A stretch of DNA of 64,000 nt, from the IMG/VR virus record IMGVR_UViG_3300020727_000006, one strand, 5' to 3'. Below the pieces are notes generated by a model. It saw only the letters and a list, made by a program, of their open reading frames with translations, had not been told where the DNA came from and did not search any database. Origin of the DNA: an uncultured virus (IMG/VR IMGVR_UViG_3300020727_000006) (lineage: Duplodnaviria; Heunggongvirae; Uroviricota; Caudoviricetes). A program made the position numbers and the translations under genes. Below, piece after piece: positions 28,198-38,628 of this stretch (its first letter is position 1; each line of letters opens with the position of its first letter).

Positions 28198-28250
28198 TCT
28201 CCTTTATTAAGCGAGTATACGATAGACGACCCATCATTGGCATCGTCTAC
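28198..28250 (-). promoter_or_regulatory. ROSE-like RNA thermometer 5' UTR
   Basis: 5' hairpin TAGACGA/TCGTCTA, then CTCGCT-TAATAA-AGGAG pairing the SD; promoter TTGACA-17 nt-TAAATA at 28254-28282. Confidence 0.6.
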
Positions 28251-28288
28251 ATATATTTAGTGATTCGCACACCATTTGTCAAGGGGTT

Positions 28289-29389
28289 TCAAGAAAATAT
28301 TTTATTCACTTGATTATTAACCAACACAAATGTTGTGCGCTTGGATAGTTCTTTCAGCGATTTGCTGCCTGTATAGGTAAGTGTAGAACGAACACCACCA
28401 AGAATATCCTGAACAGTATCGCCAACATCGCCACGATAAGGCACTGCTACTTCCTTGCCTTCTGCTGCACGATAGGATTTTAATCCACCACTATGCTTTT
28501 CATTAGCAGATTTGCTGCTCATACCATAAAACTTTACAAACTGTTTAGTCGTAAAGATATCATCTGGGGTGCCATCGTCTTGTATCCAAACTTGGTTACT
28601 ACGAGTAGTTTGTGATACAATATCACCGCCGCCTTGATCGTGACCCGCTAAAAGTCCCCCCAACATTACGAAGTCTGCACCACCCCCAAAAGCCTTAGAC
28701 ACATCGCCAGGACAAACGCAACCACCATCGCTAATGATATGTCCACCAAGCCCATGAGCAGCATCAGCACACTCAATAATAGCACTAAGCTGTGGATAAC
28801 CCACACCCGTTTTGAGACGAGTAGTACAGACACTACCAGGACCAATACCAACTTTAATAATATCTGCTCCACTCAGTATCAACTCCTCTGTCATATCACC
28901 AGTTACCACATTACCAGCAATGATAATTAGGTCAGGATTTTCCATACGGAACTTTTTAACAAACTCTACGAATCGTTCTGTATAACCATTGGCAACATCA
29001 ATACAAACAAATTTGATATTATCCTTTGGCAACATTCTCTTAACAAGTTTGAAATTTTCGTATTCTTCGTCCTTGATACCAAGACCATATGCCCAATATT
29101 CTTGGATATTATAACCTGTGCGACCAATCCATAAGATAAGGTCTTCTGTGCTATAATTTTTACGCAAGCATGTGAACATTTTATAAGTGGCAAGTTTTTC
29201 TGCCATCTCAAATGTAGCAACGCCATCCATATTAGCAGCCATTATAGGAGTTCCGCTCCAATAACGATGACTATTACGAAATGTAAAAGTTCGTTCTAGT
29301 GATACTTCTTCACGGCTAGTAAGTGTGGATCGTTTAGGCAAGATTAGTACATCACTAAAATCAAGTTTAGTGTCATTGATAATACGCAT
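28289..29389 (-). CDS. guaC: GMP reductase
   Basis: [39 protein letters not shown]. Confidence 0.95.
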   Translation of the reverse strand: MRIINDTKLDFSDVLILPKRSTLTSREEVSLERTFTFRNSHRYWSGTPIMAANMDGVATFEMAEKLATYKMFTCLRKNYSTEDLILWIGRTGYNIQEYWAYGLGIKDEEYENFKLVKRMLPKDNIKFVCIDVANGYTERFVEFVKKFRMENPDLIIIAGNVVTGDMTEELILSGADIIKVGIGPGSVCTTRLKTGVGYPQLSAIIECADAAHGLGGHIISDGGCVCPGDVSKAFGGGADFVMLGGLLAGHDQGGGDIVSQTTRSNQVWIQDDGTPDDIFTTKQFVKFYGMSSKSANEKHSGGLKSYRAAEGKEVAVPYRGDVGDTVQDILGGVRSTLTYTGSKSLKELSKRTTFVLVNNQVNKIFS

Positions 29390-29413
29390 TTTTCACCTAT
29401 TGATTAGAATTTA

Positions 29414-29659
29414 TTAACGAGCAATACCTTGGGTACGAAGTTCTTTCAACTTCTTTTGCCAACGCTTAACAGCACGGGCTTTTGCCTTTTTGCGCTGTTG
29501 ACTAGGAGTTTCAAACCGCTCACGATCACGGAGTGTTTGAAAAATGCCGTCTTGCTGGATGATCTTCTTCATCTTACGCAGTGCTTTAGTTACATCTCCG
29601 TTATGAACTTCAACAAACAAACCTCTTTGACGAACATTTTCTAATTCTGGTCTATACAT
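29414..29659 (-). CDS. rpsU: Ribosomal protein bS21
   Basis: VEVHNGDVTKALRKMKK...RERFETPSQQRKKAK..AVKR; GAGG RBS. Confidence 0.85.
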   Translation of the reverse strand: MYRPELENVRQRGLFVEVHNGDVTKALRKMKKIIQQDGIFQTLRDRERFETPSQQRKKAKARAVKRWQKKLKELRTQGIAR

Positions 29660-30044
29660 TTTTTTCCTCTTGTTTAATGTAATTATTAAATTGCTGAGCA
29701 AGCCAAGAATAAATGTCAAAGACATTTCTGTGTGTTGCCGCACCAATATCGTTAGCCCCCAATGCCCATGTGTTTTTTTGACTTAGAAGCCAACCTTTGA
29801 GCATTTCTTTATTTCCACTAAATCTACAATTGACAAGTGTAGTATAAGCATGCTTGCTTGTGTTGATACACCATACATCATCTGTATCATTGCTACCATA
29901 CAAGAATATAGTAACATCAGTATTCATTGCTTCAATAGCTTTGCTAAGTTTTTCAACATCGCTCCACTCTACATCAACCAATAATATCTTGAACCTGTCA
30001 TCTAAATCCATATCAGGCGCAGTTACAATTCTACTTGTATTCAT
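29652..30044 (-). CDS. Hypothetical protein
   Basis: Operonic ORF with overlaps at both ends. Confidence 0.6.
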   Translation of the reverse strand: MNTSRIVTAPDMDLDDRFKILLVDVEWSDVEKLSKAIEAMNTDVTIFLYGSNDTDDVWCINTSKHAYTTLVNCRFSGNKEMLKGWLLSQKNTWALGANDIGAATHRNVFDIYSWLAQQFNNYIKQEEKNV

Positions 30045-31582
30045 GCATTTTGTTCTTCAATTGCTTGTTGCTCAGCAACAGTCATATCTTCCCACTCAAT
30101 TTCGGCGCGTTGTAATCTGCCCAACTGCCAATGTTTCCAATTTATATTTTGAGTATAGCTGGTATTTCCGCCTTTGTCAACTTGAATCCACTGATCTCCG
30201 TTATATTTCCAAAGAATTTCTGGCTGGCGGTATACAATAAACAATTGTCCATTTGTACCTGCAGGAAGTTGTGGACCAACGATATCATTATCTTGTTCAA
30301 GGTTGAAATGTGATGTATCTTCACCTGCTAATTCTTCGGCAAGAATTTCACCAGTGGCGCGAAGTTTATGTATCTCGGCATTTTTCTTTTCTATTTCAGC
30401 AAGAAGGTGATCTAATGCTTGAGTCAAATCTATCACTGTTTTGCTATCTTGTGCCTCAACAGGAACTTCAACGATGCGTTCAACTTCTCTAATAACTTCA
30501 ACAGGAACTTCTACGATCTTTTCTACTTCGCGAATAGTTTCAAATTGCACTTCTACAATCTTTTCAACAACCGTAGTAGTTGGAACTTCTACTATCTTTT
30601 CAATGATATTATCACGAAAAATAGGAACTGGTTGTATAATTTCTTTGTATACTACTTCTGGTTCTTGTGCCTTTAATCGTTCTAACTGTTCTTCTAGTAC
30701 TACAGCACGAGCAATAGCATCGTTATCATAAACAGTTACAATTTTCTCAACAGGCACTTCAACAATTTTTTCTTTATATTCTATCCGTGGTTCAGTTTCT
30801 TTTCTGCGACCACTGATGCCCATCGTTGCGCCAAGAACCAGTGAAACCGCAAGTGGATCAAACACAGCGACGATAAAAATAATAACCCAACGAACTGCTC
30901 GCTCAAGTAGCGACTTATCAATATTATCTCCGTATATTAACTGCGCAATATACTTGATTGGCCCAACTTCAGCTTCAACTTTTAGCTGTGCTTGATTAAG
31001 TTTCAATTTCTGACTATTCAAATCCTGAACACGCTTATTAGTGTCATCTATGGTTTTATTAGCTGCTTCTCGGTCTTTCTTTTGACTATCGCGCAATTTA
31101 GTTGCTTGTGTGGCTAGTGTAGCGGTGCGATTATTATCTTTGGTAGCATTACTCGCACTGCCGCTTAGCAGACCATTAACTGCATCATCCATTTGTTTAA
31201 TAACAGCTTGATTATCACGAATACGCTGTTGCTCAACCGCAATGTTTTGATCAATCTGCTCAATAAGAAGAGTATTATCGCCTACGCTACTTGTTGTTTC
31301 AATATGAGCACGAGATAAAAACCCAAAGATACCCATAGAAGTAACAAACATCAGCACGACAACAGCAAGTGAAAGGTACCACTTTACAAAAAAATTAACA
31401 TGTTTCCAATTTTGGTGCAGCCATACTGTAGTAATAATTTTACCAAACTCAAGAGTACCGCCCATGATAATAATAGGAATAACGGCACCACTAAAGATAG
31501 CAGTAAGACCAGCAATACTATAATATGCTGCAACGCCACTGATAGAGATTGCACTCAACAGTGCTAAAATGTTTAAGAACAT
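30041..31582 (-). CDS. Multi-TM coiled-coil protein with EKIVEVP repeats
   Basis: Three N-terminal TMs, coiled coil, EVGPIKYIA, FDPLAV, Val/Glu-rich repeats. Confidence 0.7.
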   Translation of the reverse strand: MFLNILALLSAISISGVAAYYSIAGLTAIFSGAVIPIIIMGGTLEFGKIITTVWLHQNWKHVNFFVKWYLSLAVVVLMFVTSMGIFGFLSRAHIETTSSVGDNTLLIEQIDQNIAVEQQRIRDNQAVIKQMDDAVNGLLSGSASNATKDNNRTATLATQATKLRDSQKKDREAANKTIDDTNKRVQDLNSQKLKLNQAQLKVEAEVGPIKYIAQLIYGDNIDKSLLERAVRWVIIFIVAVFDPLAVSLVLGATMGISGRRKETEPRIEYKEKIVEVPVEKIVTVYDNDAIARAVVLEEQLERLKAQEPEVVYKEIIQPVPIFRDNIIEKIVEVPTTTVVEKIVEVQFETIREVEKIVEVPVEVIREVERIVEVPVEAQDSKTVIDLTQALDHLLAEIEKKNAEIHKLRATGEILAEELAGEDTSHFNLEQDNDIVGPQLPAGTNGQLFIVYRQPEILWKYNGDQWIQVDKGGNTSYTQNINWKHWQLGRLQRAEIEWEDMTVAEQQAIEEQNA

Positions 31583-31956
31583 TATATATTTACCTTGTTT
31601 TCAACCACATACCAACCAATTTTTTTTAAATCTTCACGAATCTCTTCATCAACCATGCCTTCGGAAATATAGTTAGCATCATCGCTAAAACTTGCTGTGT
31701 AATAACGCATATAATCGCCGCTAAACGAACCATCATACAAACTAGCAGCAATACCGCCACTATGTCGCCAACTACAGGACCAATGTTCTGCTGCTACAAT
31801 GGATAATACTTCTGCCTTGATAAATTCATTATTACAAAGAGTAGCATAAAGGTGCTGGCAATAGGTATCATTGTTGCGTGATTTATCGCGGATATATTGG
31901 CTATCAAACAAATCTCGTTCAAGGTCTGGTTTAGGCTGATCCATAATGCGCTCCAT
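31582..31956 (-). CDS. Conserved-looking hypothetical phage protein
   Basis: YCQHLYATLCNN, WSCSWR..GG, EG.V..EIREDL..IGW. Confidence 0.65.
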   Translation of the reverse strand: MERIMDQPKPDLERDLFDSQYIRDKSRNNDTYCQHLYATLCNNEFIKAEVLSIVAAEHWSCSWRHSGGIAASLYDGSFSGDYMRYYTASFSDDANYISEGMVDEEIREDLKKIGWYVVENKVNI

Positions 31957-32029
31957 GATTATTTAATCTACCACACGAAGCTTCATAGAGCAATATTAAA
32001 ATAAATATTAATCTAACAGGGGATCAATA

Positions 32030-32788
32030 ATGTTAAAAGACCTAAGCATACCTGAATTGGCCGTAACAATGGCAGAATTAGCAAGTGCAGCCTATCAAGA
32101 TGACAATAAAGCCATTTATGCTGCTCTTGGATTTACAAAATATAAATTTTTAGACAATGAAGGCGCACAAGGCCATGTTGCTGCAAGCGATAGCGAAGTT
32201 ATCGTTTCTTGCCGAGGCACACAACCTACGCAACCAAATGATCTACTTGCTGACCTTGACACTATTCCAAAGCGACATGGTAAAGGATGGGTTCATGAGG
32301 GTTTTCGTCGTGAAGCAAGAAAAATTCTTGACCAAGTATTAGATTGGGCAGCGAAGAATAAGGGCAAAGATATATATGTTACTGGTCACAGTCTTGGTGC
32401 TGCAATGGCACTTTATATCACCCAAGAACTAGAATTTGCTGGATATCAGCCAAAGAAACTTCTTTCGTTTGGACAACCTCGTCTTGGAAATGCTGATTAT
32501 GTTGCTGATATTAAAACAGAGCATTATCGCTTTGTAAACTGCAATGATATGGTTACGCATGTGCCACCGCCAGTGTTGCTATTCAAGCATCATGGTCAAC
32601 TATGCTATATCAACTTCTATGGCAATATTCGTCCACTAAGCCGTTATCAACGCTTTAAGGATAGTATGAGAGCACATATTCGTTGCTGGAAAAAAGGTCA
32701 ATTGTTTGATGGAATTTATGATCATGGAATGGATCACTATATTGAAAAACTGACCAATATTCGAGATACTGGTCAGTCTATTAATTAA
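32030..32788 (+). CDS. Lipase class 3 (alpha/beta hydrolase)
   Basis: CRGT, VHEGF, TGHSLG nucleophile, FGQPR, DMVTHVP, DH. Confidence 0.9.
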   Translation: MLKDLSIPELAVTMAELASAAYQDDNKAIYAALGFTKYKFLDNEGAQGHVAASDSEVIVSCRGTQPTQPNDLLADLDTIPKRHGKGWVHEGFRREARKILDQVLDWAAKNKGKDIYVTGHSLGAAMALYITQELEFAGYQPKKLLSFGQPRLGNADYVADIKTEHYRFVNCNDMVTHVPPPVLLFKHHGQLCYINFYGNIRPLSRYQRFKDSMRAHIRCWKKGQLFDGIYDHGMDHYIEKLTNIRDTGQSIN

Positions 32789-33255
32789 TTTGCATCCGTA
32801 TAAAACCAGTGGTGTCCTATCTTTTTAATAAACTTGAACTGTTTGTTCTTAAATGGTTTATTATTAAAGTATAGCGCACCATCGGTTGGATCAACCATAT
32901 ATGTTGAATATAACACCATCATTGCTATACTATAAAAATCTCCACGATTTTTGTCTTGGTCAACTGGCTTAAATGGAAAACATATAAAAGTAAATTGACA
33001 ATCAATTCCATGTCGTTCATAAACGATTTTGCATGGCGAGTTAGGAAACTTTCCACTTTGTAATCTATTACGAATTACCCAAGCAATCGCAACTTGTCCC
33101 ATATAGTCTTCGCCGCCAGCTTCATTTTTAATAGCTTGGGCAACACACTCGCTAGGATCTTCCACATAGTAAGGAATTTTGGGGGGTTGCTCTTTGGCTA
33201 AAACAGGATAACTCACTGCCGTGATAAGCGCCAAAGATAATAAGAGTTTTTTCAT
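32785..33255 (-). CDS. SleB-like cell wall hydrolase
   Basis: Signal peptide, EAGGE..GQVAIA.VI.NR, QF, DPTDGALYF, IGHHWFY. Confidence 0.9.
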   Translation of the reverse strand: MKKLLLSLALITAVSYPVLAKEQPPKIPYYVEDPSECVAQAIKNEAGGEDYMGQVAIAWVIRNRLQSGKFPNSPCKIVYERHGIDCQFTFICFPFKPVDQDKNRGDFYSIAMMVLYSTYMVDPTDGALYFNNKPFKNKQFKFIKKIGHHWFYTDAN

Positions 33256-33264
33256 TAACCTCTC

Positions 33265-33558
33265 AAAAAGGTGGGGGGATTCTGTTGCCAAGTTCCCCCC
33301 GTTACTCCGATCAAGCCGCTAGGCGAAGATCATATGCATTGTTGTCGTTTGCATTTACGATTTTTACTAACATCTACTCAAAACCTTTACTGCACTTGTC
33401 GATCCTATTTCGCCCCCATCAAAGATACACCGGGTGTTCGGAAAAACCTATTACGCCATATTTGTTCCGACTATGACGACCGATGTATCTATGGTGGAGG
33501 CGCCGGGTACCGCCCCCGGGTCCAATATGCCTATTCTGTTTCGCCTCAACAATATTAG
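33265..33558 (-). ncRNA. ssrA: Two-piece (circularly permuted) tmRNA, tag ANDNNAYDLRLAA
   Basis: 3' acceptor/T segment GACCCGGGGGCGGTACCCGGCGCCTCCACCA ends at 33492, hairpin spacer, then GGGGGCGAAATAGGATCGAC at 33417 and tag at 33352-33311; promoter TTGACA-17 nt-TATAAATA. Confidence 0.93.
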
Positions 33559-33602
33559 TATGTTATTTATAGCATATGGAAAAGGTTATGTCAAGGGTTA
33601 TT

Positions 33603-36600
33603 TCACTTCTTTGGAATAGTATACATACCATCTGGACCGCTTCCGCCCCAAGCACTTTGAATATTACGGTCTACACCAGTATCATTTTGATATAACGCAC
33701 TTTGAGTAATATCATTTAGCTGCGATGTATTTGTATTGGTGCCATTATTGACAGCAGTTCCTGTATTAATTCCAGTACCAGCAATAGATTGACCAGTGCT
33801 AGCAGCAATGATTTGCCCAAATGCATTATTGATTTTAGTAAGCAGATTTGGCAAGACTGCACTTCCAAGTAAAGTATTCTCTAATGCTTTTATGTTCATG
33901 GGAGTAACTTGCCCTAGCATTTCAAGTGTTCCATAAATCATTTGGTCAGTATTAAATGGATTTTCATACTTAGTAGCACCAATTTGACCATAGATTATCT
34001 TATTTGATATCTTTAGAAGATTATCAACCAATGCTTCATTGTTGGTAAGTGCTAGCCCATTTTGATCTATTGTAGCAAAAGGAATTTGTTGTCTGTCAAG
34101 TGTAGTTACAAGACACTTATTACCAACTACTAAAACATTTCTATCAATGGCTTGGTTAACAACATTCAATCCAATATTTTCTTTAACTGCTGGACTTACA
34201 TTAGTCCACTGTAAATCATAATATGTTTCATCAGCTTGGGCTGGTAACATTTCTGCTGGATTATATCCACTTTCTACCAATTTTTGATTTCTATTATCTA
34301 TATAGATATCTGCTGGGTTAATCGGGTACACTACATCTTGTAGATTTTGTGGAACATATGGAAGATTTCCTGTGTACGCAGTCAAGTAAAAAGTAGCTGG
34401 ATCGCGGAAATATTGGCTATGTGGTAGCTTAAATCTATCAATATTAACGCCAAGCTGGCTTAATGCATCTGCATTTCTTCCCATACGCATTGCACCTTTG
34501 ATCGCATCTCCATAAATGTTATCTGCGGCAACACGCTCTAAGTAGTCACCAATTTGACCATAACCAGTACTTGTTCCATAGTATGGCAATCCATCAGCAA
34601 AAACATATGCATTGATTGGACTATTTGGTATGGCTTCAAATAAATTTACATTGAAAGCTTGTAGGTGATGGTTTTCTTTTAATAACTGAGCACAACTAGC
34701 AGCATGCGCGTTTTCGCTTGCTTGCAATGCTGCTTGTATAGTAGGATCACTTGTATTTTTAATAACAGTTAACTGCGATTCAATCAAACCAATCATGTAA
34801 TATACAGCATCGTCAAGCGTAGTGAAAACCGTACCATTGATTACTATGCTATCAGGATTGGCTGGCGCTCCAGTAGTTGGGTCTGCTTTAGTTCCTTGAA
34901 CATGATAGCCGCCTGTTAGCAATGTTTGCAGTTGTGTGATTAATTGATTTAATGTTTGGCCATCTGTAGTTGCCATAACTTTGTTATTAGCATCAATTAT
35001 ATAAGGAAGCGTTTCATTGTGAACATACCCTGCAGGGGTTCCAATGAAATCTGCCATAGTAAGTTCACCTAAACTGCCACCACCATATCCAAATGTTTGC
35101 ATCATTCTGTCAGCGGCTGGTTGATAAAATGGCGTACTCATTTGACTAAGATGATTTAAATCTAACCCAGAATCTATTTTTGATAAGGCAGTTCCAATTT
35201 CTTGGAAATGTGTAGCTCGCGTTAGCCCAAGACTTAAGAAATGTTGTCCTAGCTGTGCAAAGTTTTGACTAGGCCCAGTTTTAGATAGATTAGGACACAT
35301 ATGACTAATGTCAGTTAATTGTCCCAAATGATTTAGCGGTACCCCAATATTAAAAGCAGCACTTACTGCACCAGTTGCGGCTTCGCCAGTGGTATTTGTC
35401 AGTATTTGTTGACATACAGCATCATTCATCGGATTATCAACTCCAGCGAGCGGAATACCTGCAGATACCAAATTCTTAGTTAAACCCGTTACATCACCAA
35501 GCCCTGCATTTAAAATTTGAGCAACAACCTGACTTGGTTGTTGCATACGCAACATATTAGTTGTTGCAAAAGTTCCTAAATTTGACAGATCACTTGCCGC
35601 GCTAGGAAGATTTAAACTCAATGTAGTTGTACCGTAACTCATAATATCATTATTGTTACGGAATAAATTTCCAAGACCGCCAGCGTTTGCCGTGCCAAAA
35701 CTCATGGCAGTTGCTTCGCCAATAGCACCAACTACATTATTTGATATACCACTGTATGCACTGGTAATACCAACATTTTGCATAAAGTTACTGAGTGATC
35801 CACTTACAGCATTTCCCATCATGTTACCAGCAACTTGATTAATCATTCCGCCTATTCCGCCACAGCTAGCAAATTGTTGCATTGCATTTGGTAAGTTTAA
35901 AGGATTTTGTAAAATTCCGTTTAGTGGACCTAAAATTGAACCAGTTGCTCCCTGTAGTGCACCGCCAACTAAACCTGATATTCCAGATGGCAACACACCA
36001 GTTAAACTTGGAAGTATACCGCTGCCTATTGAACTCAGCGCACTAAATGCACCACCAGATAGTGTATTCAATGCACTACTAACACCACCAGTAATAGAAC
36101 TAAGTGCACTGCTTAAGCCACCAGTGAGACCACCTAAAGCACCAGTGGCAGCACCCAGTGCGCCGCCTAGTGCTCCAGTTATCCCACTCAATCCAAGTGC
36201 GCCAGTTAATCCGCCCAATGCACCATTGATTGCTGCGCCAAGTCCGCCCAATAAACCACCGCCAGCAAGAGCAGCAATCATTCCTAAACCAGCACCAGCG
36301 CACCCTGCACCACTGCCAACTCCAGCACCTTTTGCGTTTGCTGGAAGCGCCGCTGAAGGACCGCCGCCTTTAACATTACTAGGAACTTGTCCGCTTGCAA
36401 GCGCAGCATCTGCGGCACGGCGCGATGGGTTTGAACTAAGCTGTGACATGCTGCTGCTAATAGCATTAGGATCACCTGTTTGTGCTGCTGCTACCGAATC
36501 ACTTAAGCAACGACTGCCAGAACCATAATTATAACTTAAATCAACATATGCTGCTTGTTGTTCTGGAGTTAAATTACTCCATGCTGGTTCACCGATACGA

Positions 36601-36845
36601 TTTGCAATTCCAGGCGCATATGTATCAACAATCTGTTGTTGCATAAGAGCCTGACCGTCTGTTTGAGTTATTGATTGGCCAGGCTGAACAGGACTACCAT
36701 CAGCATTATAATGGTTGCCATATCCAATTGCATAGCCAGTGAAAACGCCTTGGCTGTTATAGTCAGGATAAGCAGTTGATTTAAAACCTTCATTTGAAGC
36801 AATAAAACTTGAAGTAAGATTAGGGTCTTTAAGTGCACTTGCCAT
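33603..36845 (-). CDS. Large baseplate/tail hub protein with N-terminal GH24 lysozyme and Gly-rich linker
   Basis: EGFKSTAYPD..YAIGYG, DLSYNYG; next to the PAAR gene. Confidence 0.7.
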   Translation of the reverse strand: MASALKDPNLTSSFIASNEGFKSTAYPDYNSQGVFTGYAIGYGNHYNADGSPVQPGQSITQTDGQALMQQQIVDTYAPGIANRIGEPAWSNLTPEQQAAYVDLSYNYGSGSRCLSDSVAAAQTGDPNAISSSMSQLSSNPSRRAADAALASGQVPSNVKGGGPSAALPANAKGAGVGSGAGCAGAGLGMIAALAGGGLLGGLGAAINGALGGLTGALGLSGITGALGGALGAATGALGGLTGGLSSALSSITGGVSSALNTLSGGAFSALSSIGSGILPSLTGVLPSGISGLVGGALQGATGSILGPLNGILQNPLNLPNAMQQFASCGGIGGMINQVAGNMMGNAVSGSLSNFMQNVGITSAYSGISNNVVGAIGEATAMSFGTANAGGLGNLFRNNNDIMSYGTTTLSLNLPSAASDLSNLGTFATTNMLRMQQPSQVVAQILNAGLGDVTGLTKNLVSAGIPLAGVDNPMNDAVCQQILTNTTGEAATGAVSAAFNIGVPLNHLGQLTDISHMCPNLSKTGPSQNFAQLGQHFLSLGLTRATHFQEIGTALSKIDSGLDLNHLSQMSTPFYQPAADRMMQTFGYGGGSLGELTMADFIGTPAGYVHNETLPYIIDANNKVMATTDGQTLNQLITQLQTLLTGGYHVQGTKADPTTGAPANPDSIVINGTVFTTLDDAVYYMIGLIESQLTVIKNTSDPTIQAALQASENAHAASCAQLLKENHHLQAFNVNLFEAIPNSPINAYVFADGLPYYGTSTGYGQIGDYLERVAADNIYGDAIKGAMRMGRNADALSQLGVNIDRFKLPHSQYFRDPATFYLTAYTGNLPYVPQNLQDVVYPINPADIYIDNRNQKLVESGYNPAEMLPAQADETYYDLQWTNVSPAVKENIGLNVVNQAIDRNVLVVGNKCLVTTLDRQQIPFATIDQNGLALTNNEALVDNLLKISNKIIYGQIGATKYENPFNTDQMIYGTLEMLGQVTPMNIKALENTLLGSAVLPNLLTKINNAFGQIIAASTGQSIAGTGINTGTAVNNGTNTNTSQLNDITQSALYQNDTGVDRNIQSAWGGSGPDGMYTIPKK

Positions 36846-36848
36846 AGG

Positions 36849-38087
36849 TTAACTCACATTTGTTGGTTTAAAAGTAGGAGGCACCCAAGTTATGTCTCCA
36901 GGCTTATAGGTATCTGCTACAACATTAAGCATGCCAGGAACTGCAATGGGTGCGCCTGTTGCTACAACTTTTCGTAAGTTTTGTGGTTGTGGGCGCAATC
37001 TTGATTCTTGGTTATTTCCAAGATTTACACCGCTATGATCTTTTAAATCTTCGGTTGGACTAGTTTGAGAATAATATTCTCTAGCAGAATCTAAACTATC
37101 AGTAACTCGTGGAAGATTTATATTAGCTAACTTTGCATATCTATCCGCGCTAGTGGTTGATACTAACGAACCAATTGCACCGTTATATGCTGCCCTATCA
37201 CCAGTCCTGACTAAGTTTTCAATGTCTCTAGCACGATGCAAACTATTTCTCACATAACCAACATCGGTCCCAAAAGCAGATTGATTTCTATCAAAGTCAT
37301 GAACGGTGTAATCGCTGCCAGCACTATTAAACTTTGTTCCTAATGAATAATTGGAAAGAACAGCAGTGCTGTTTCCGTGTTTGGTGTAAATGCTAGCTGG
37401 TAAATTTACTAATATTCCAGTTACACCATCACGAATTGGCGGATGGTAACTGTTTACTACGCTAGTGTTTGGAATTAAACCAGTGTTTACCCAGTTAAAC
37501 AAATGACTGTTGATATTGAGTATACCCGCATTAACATTTGGTTCTTCAAATGCAGTTCCTGGTCCGCCAAATGGTGAATTTTTTGCATAAACTGGTTTAG
37601 TGTTAAAGTATTGTAAGTTGCTAACATTTGCCAACCCATTGGCATTAAGATATAATTGGGTATCACTTGTAATTAATTCAACCGTGCCTACATATGTATT
37701 TGGTCCTGCGACTGTATTTGCGATCCATATACTATCGCCATAATTTACTTGAGTAGTAAAATTAGTTGAGTTGCCAGTTACAATTTGAGAAGCTGTATTG
37801 GCAGTAATATTTCCAGTTGTATAATATGTATAAACAATTGCATTTGCAATAAACGGGGCATAATGCAATGATTGATTTGTGATGTTAAGATTTGCGTTAG
37901 TAGTAAGATATAAGCTAGTATTGTTAGAAATATATGATACATACCCAACAAACACATTGCTTATGTTTGCAATGGCAGAGCCAGCTTTAAATTGCGTAGT
38001 AAATGTAGTACCAATGCCAGTGACGGTGTTCGATGTTGTCGTAGTAGTAATATTTCCAGTACCGATTGTAATATTACCTAATGGCAT
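36849..38087 (-). CDS. Virion structural protein with repeated fibre-type beta modules
   Basis: Two TGNIT..VTG..T.FTTQ repeats; T/N/G-rich. Confidence 0.6.
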   Translation of the reverse strand: MPLGNITIGTGNITTTTTSNTVTGIGTTFTTQFKAGSAIANISNVFVGYVSYISNNTSLYLTTNANLNITNQSLHYAPFIANAIVYTYYTTGNITANTASQIVTGNSTNFTTQVNYGDSIWIANTVAGPNTYVGTVELITSDTQLYLNANGLANVSNLQYFNTKPVYAKNSPFGGPGTAFEEPNVNAGILNINSHLFNWVNTGLIPNTSVVNSYHPPIRDGVTGILVNLPASIYTKHGNSTAVLSNYSLGTKFNSAGSDYTVHDFDRNQSAFGTDVGYVRNSLHRARDIENLVRTGDRAAYNGAIGSLVSTTSADRYAKLANINLPRVTDSLDSAREYYSQTSPTEDLKDHSGVNLGNNQESRLRPQPQNLRKVVATGAPIAVPGMLNVVADTYKPGDITWVPPTFKPTNVS

Positions 38088-38619
38088 TTTGTACCTGCCC
38101 AACTACATTATTAACTGCACCACCAACAACGCTGTTGACTAAGCCGCCTACGCCATTGTTAACAACATTACTAACTGCGCCAACAATACTAGATACGCCG
38201 CCGAGACCACTAGCAATGCTTCCTAATGAACCTAACCCACCTGCTAGACCGCCAAGACTGCCAAGACCGCCAAGCAATCCACCACCAATACTGCCTACCA
38301 AACCACCAAGCAATCCGCCACCAATTCCGCCAGCGCCGCCAGCAGCTACTAAAACATCTGCTTCAAATGGGATCATAGAGTGGTGACACATATCAAGACT
38401 TCCTAAGAAACCTTGTGGTCTACCACCTACCAGTACGCTTGGACTACCAATAATTATTGGATTTGGTGGGTGGGGGTGTCTAGGATCAAATCCAGGGTGA
38501 CCTGTTACCATATCACCTAAACGACTTGCTGGTCTTCCATTTATGAGAACAGTTAATTCTCCCATAAATGCAACACCAGCGCCAGTATTCATACTACCAA
38601 TTTTTGCTGGAATAGACAT
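38074..38619 (-). CDS. PAAR-domain spike tip with Gly-rich C-terminal extension
   Basis: VLINGRPASRLGD, H..HP, GSPSVLVGG. Confidence 0.8.
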   Translation of the reverse strand: MSIPAKIGSMNTGAGVAFMGELTVLINGRPASRLGDMVTGHPGFDPRHPHPPNPIIIGSPSVLVGGRPQGFLGSLDMCHHSMIPFEADVLVAAGGAGGIGGGLLGGLVGSIGGGLLGGLGSLGGLAGGLGSLGSIASGLGGVSSIVGAVSNVVNNGVGGLVNSVVGGAVNNVVGQVQNAIR

Positions 38620-38628
38620 CGACTCTCC

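Noticed and set aside
33271..33619. Short plus-strand ORFs over 33.3-33.6 kb
   Set aside because: They are antisense to the tmRNA gene
36000..36360. DNA tandem repeat or diversity-generating element in the Gly-rich tracts
   Set aside because: Repeats are at the amino-acid level with varied codons; no reverse transcriptase or template/variable repeat pair was seen
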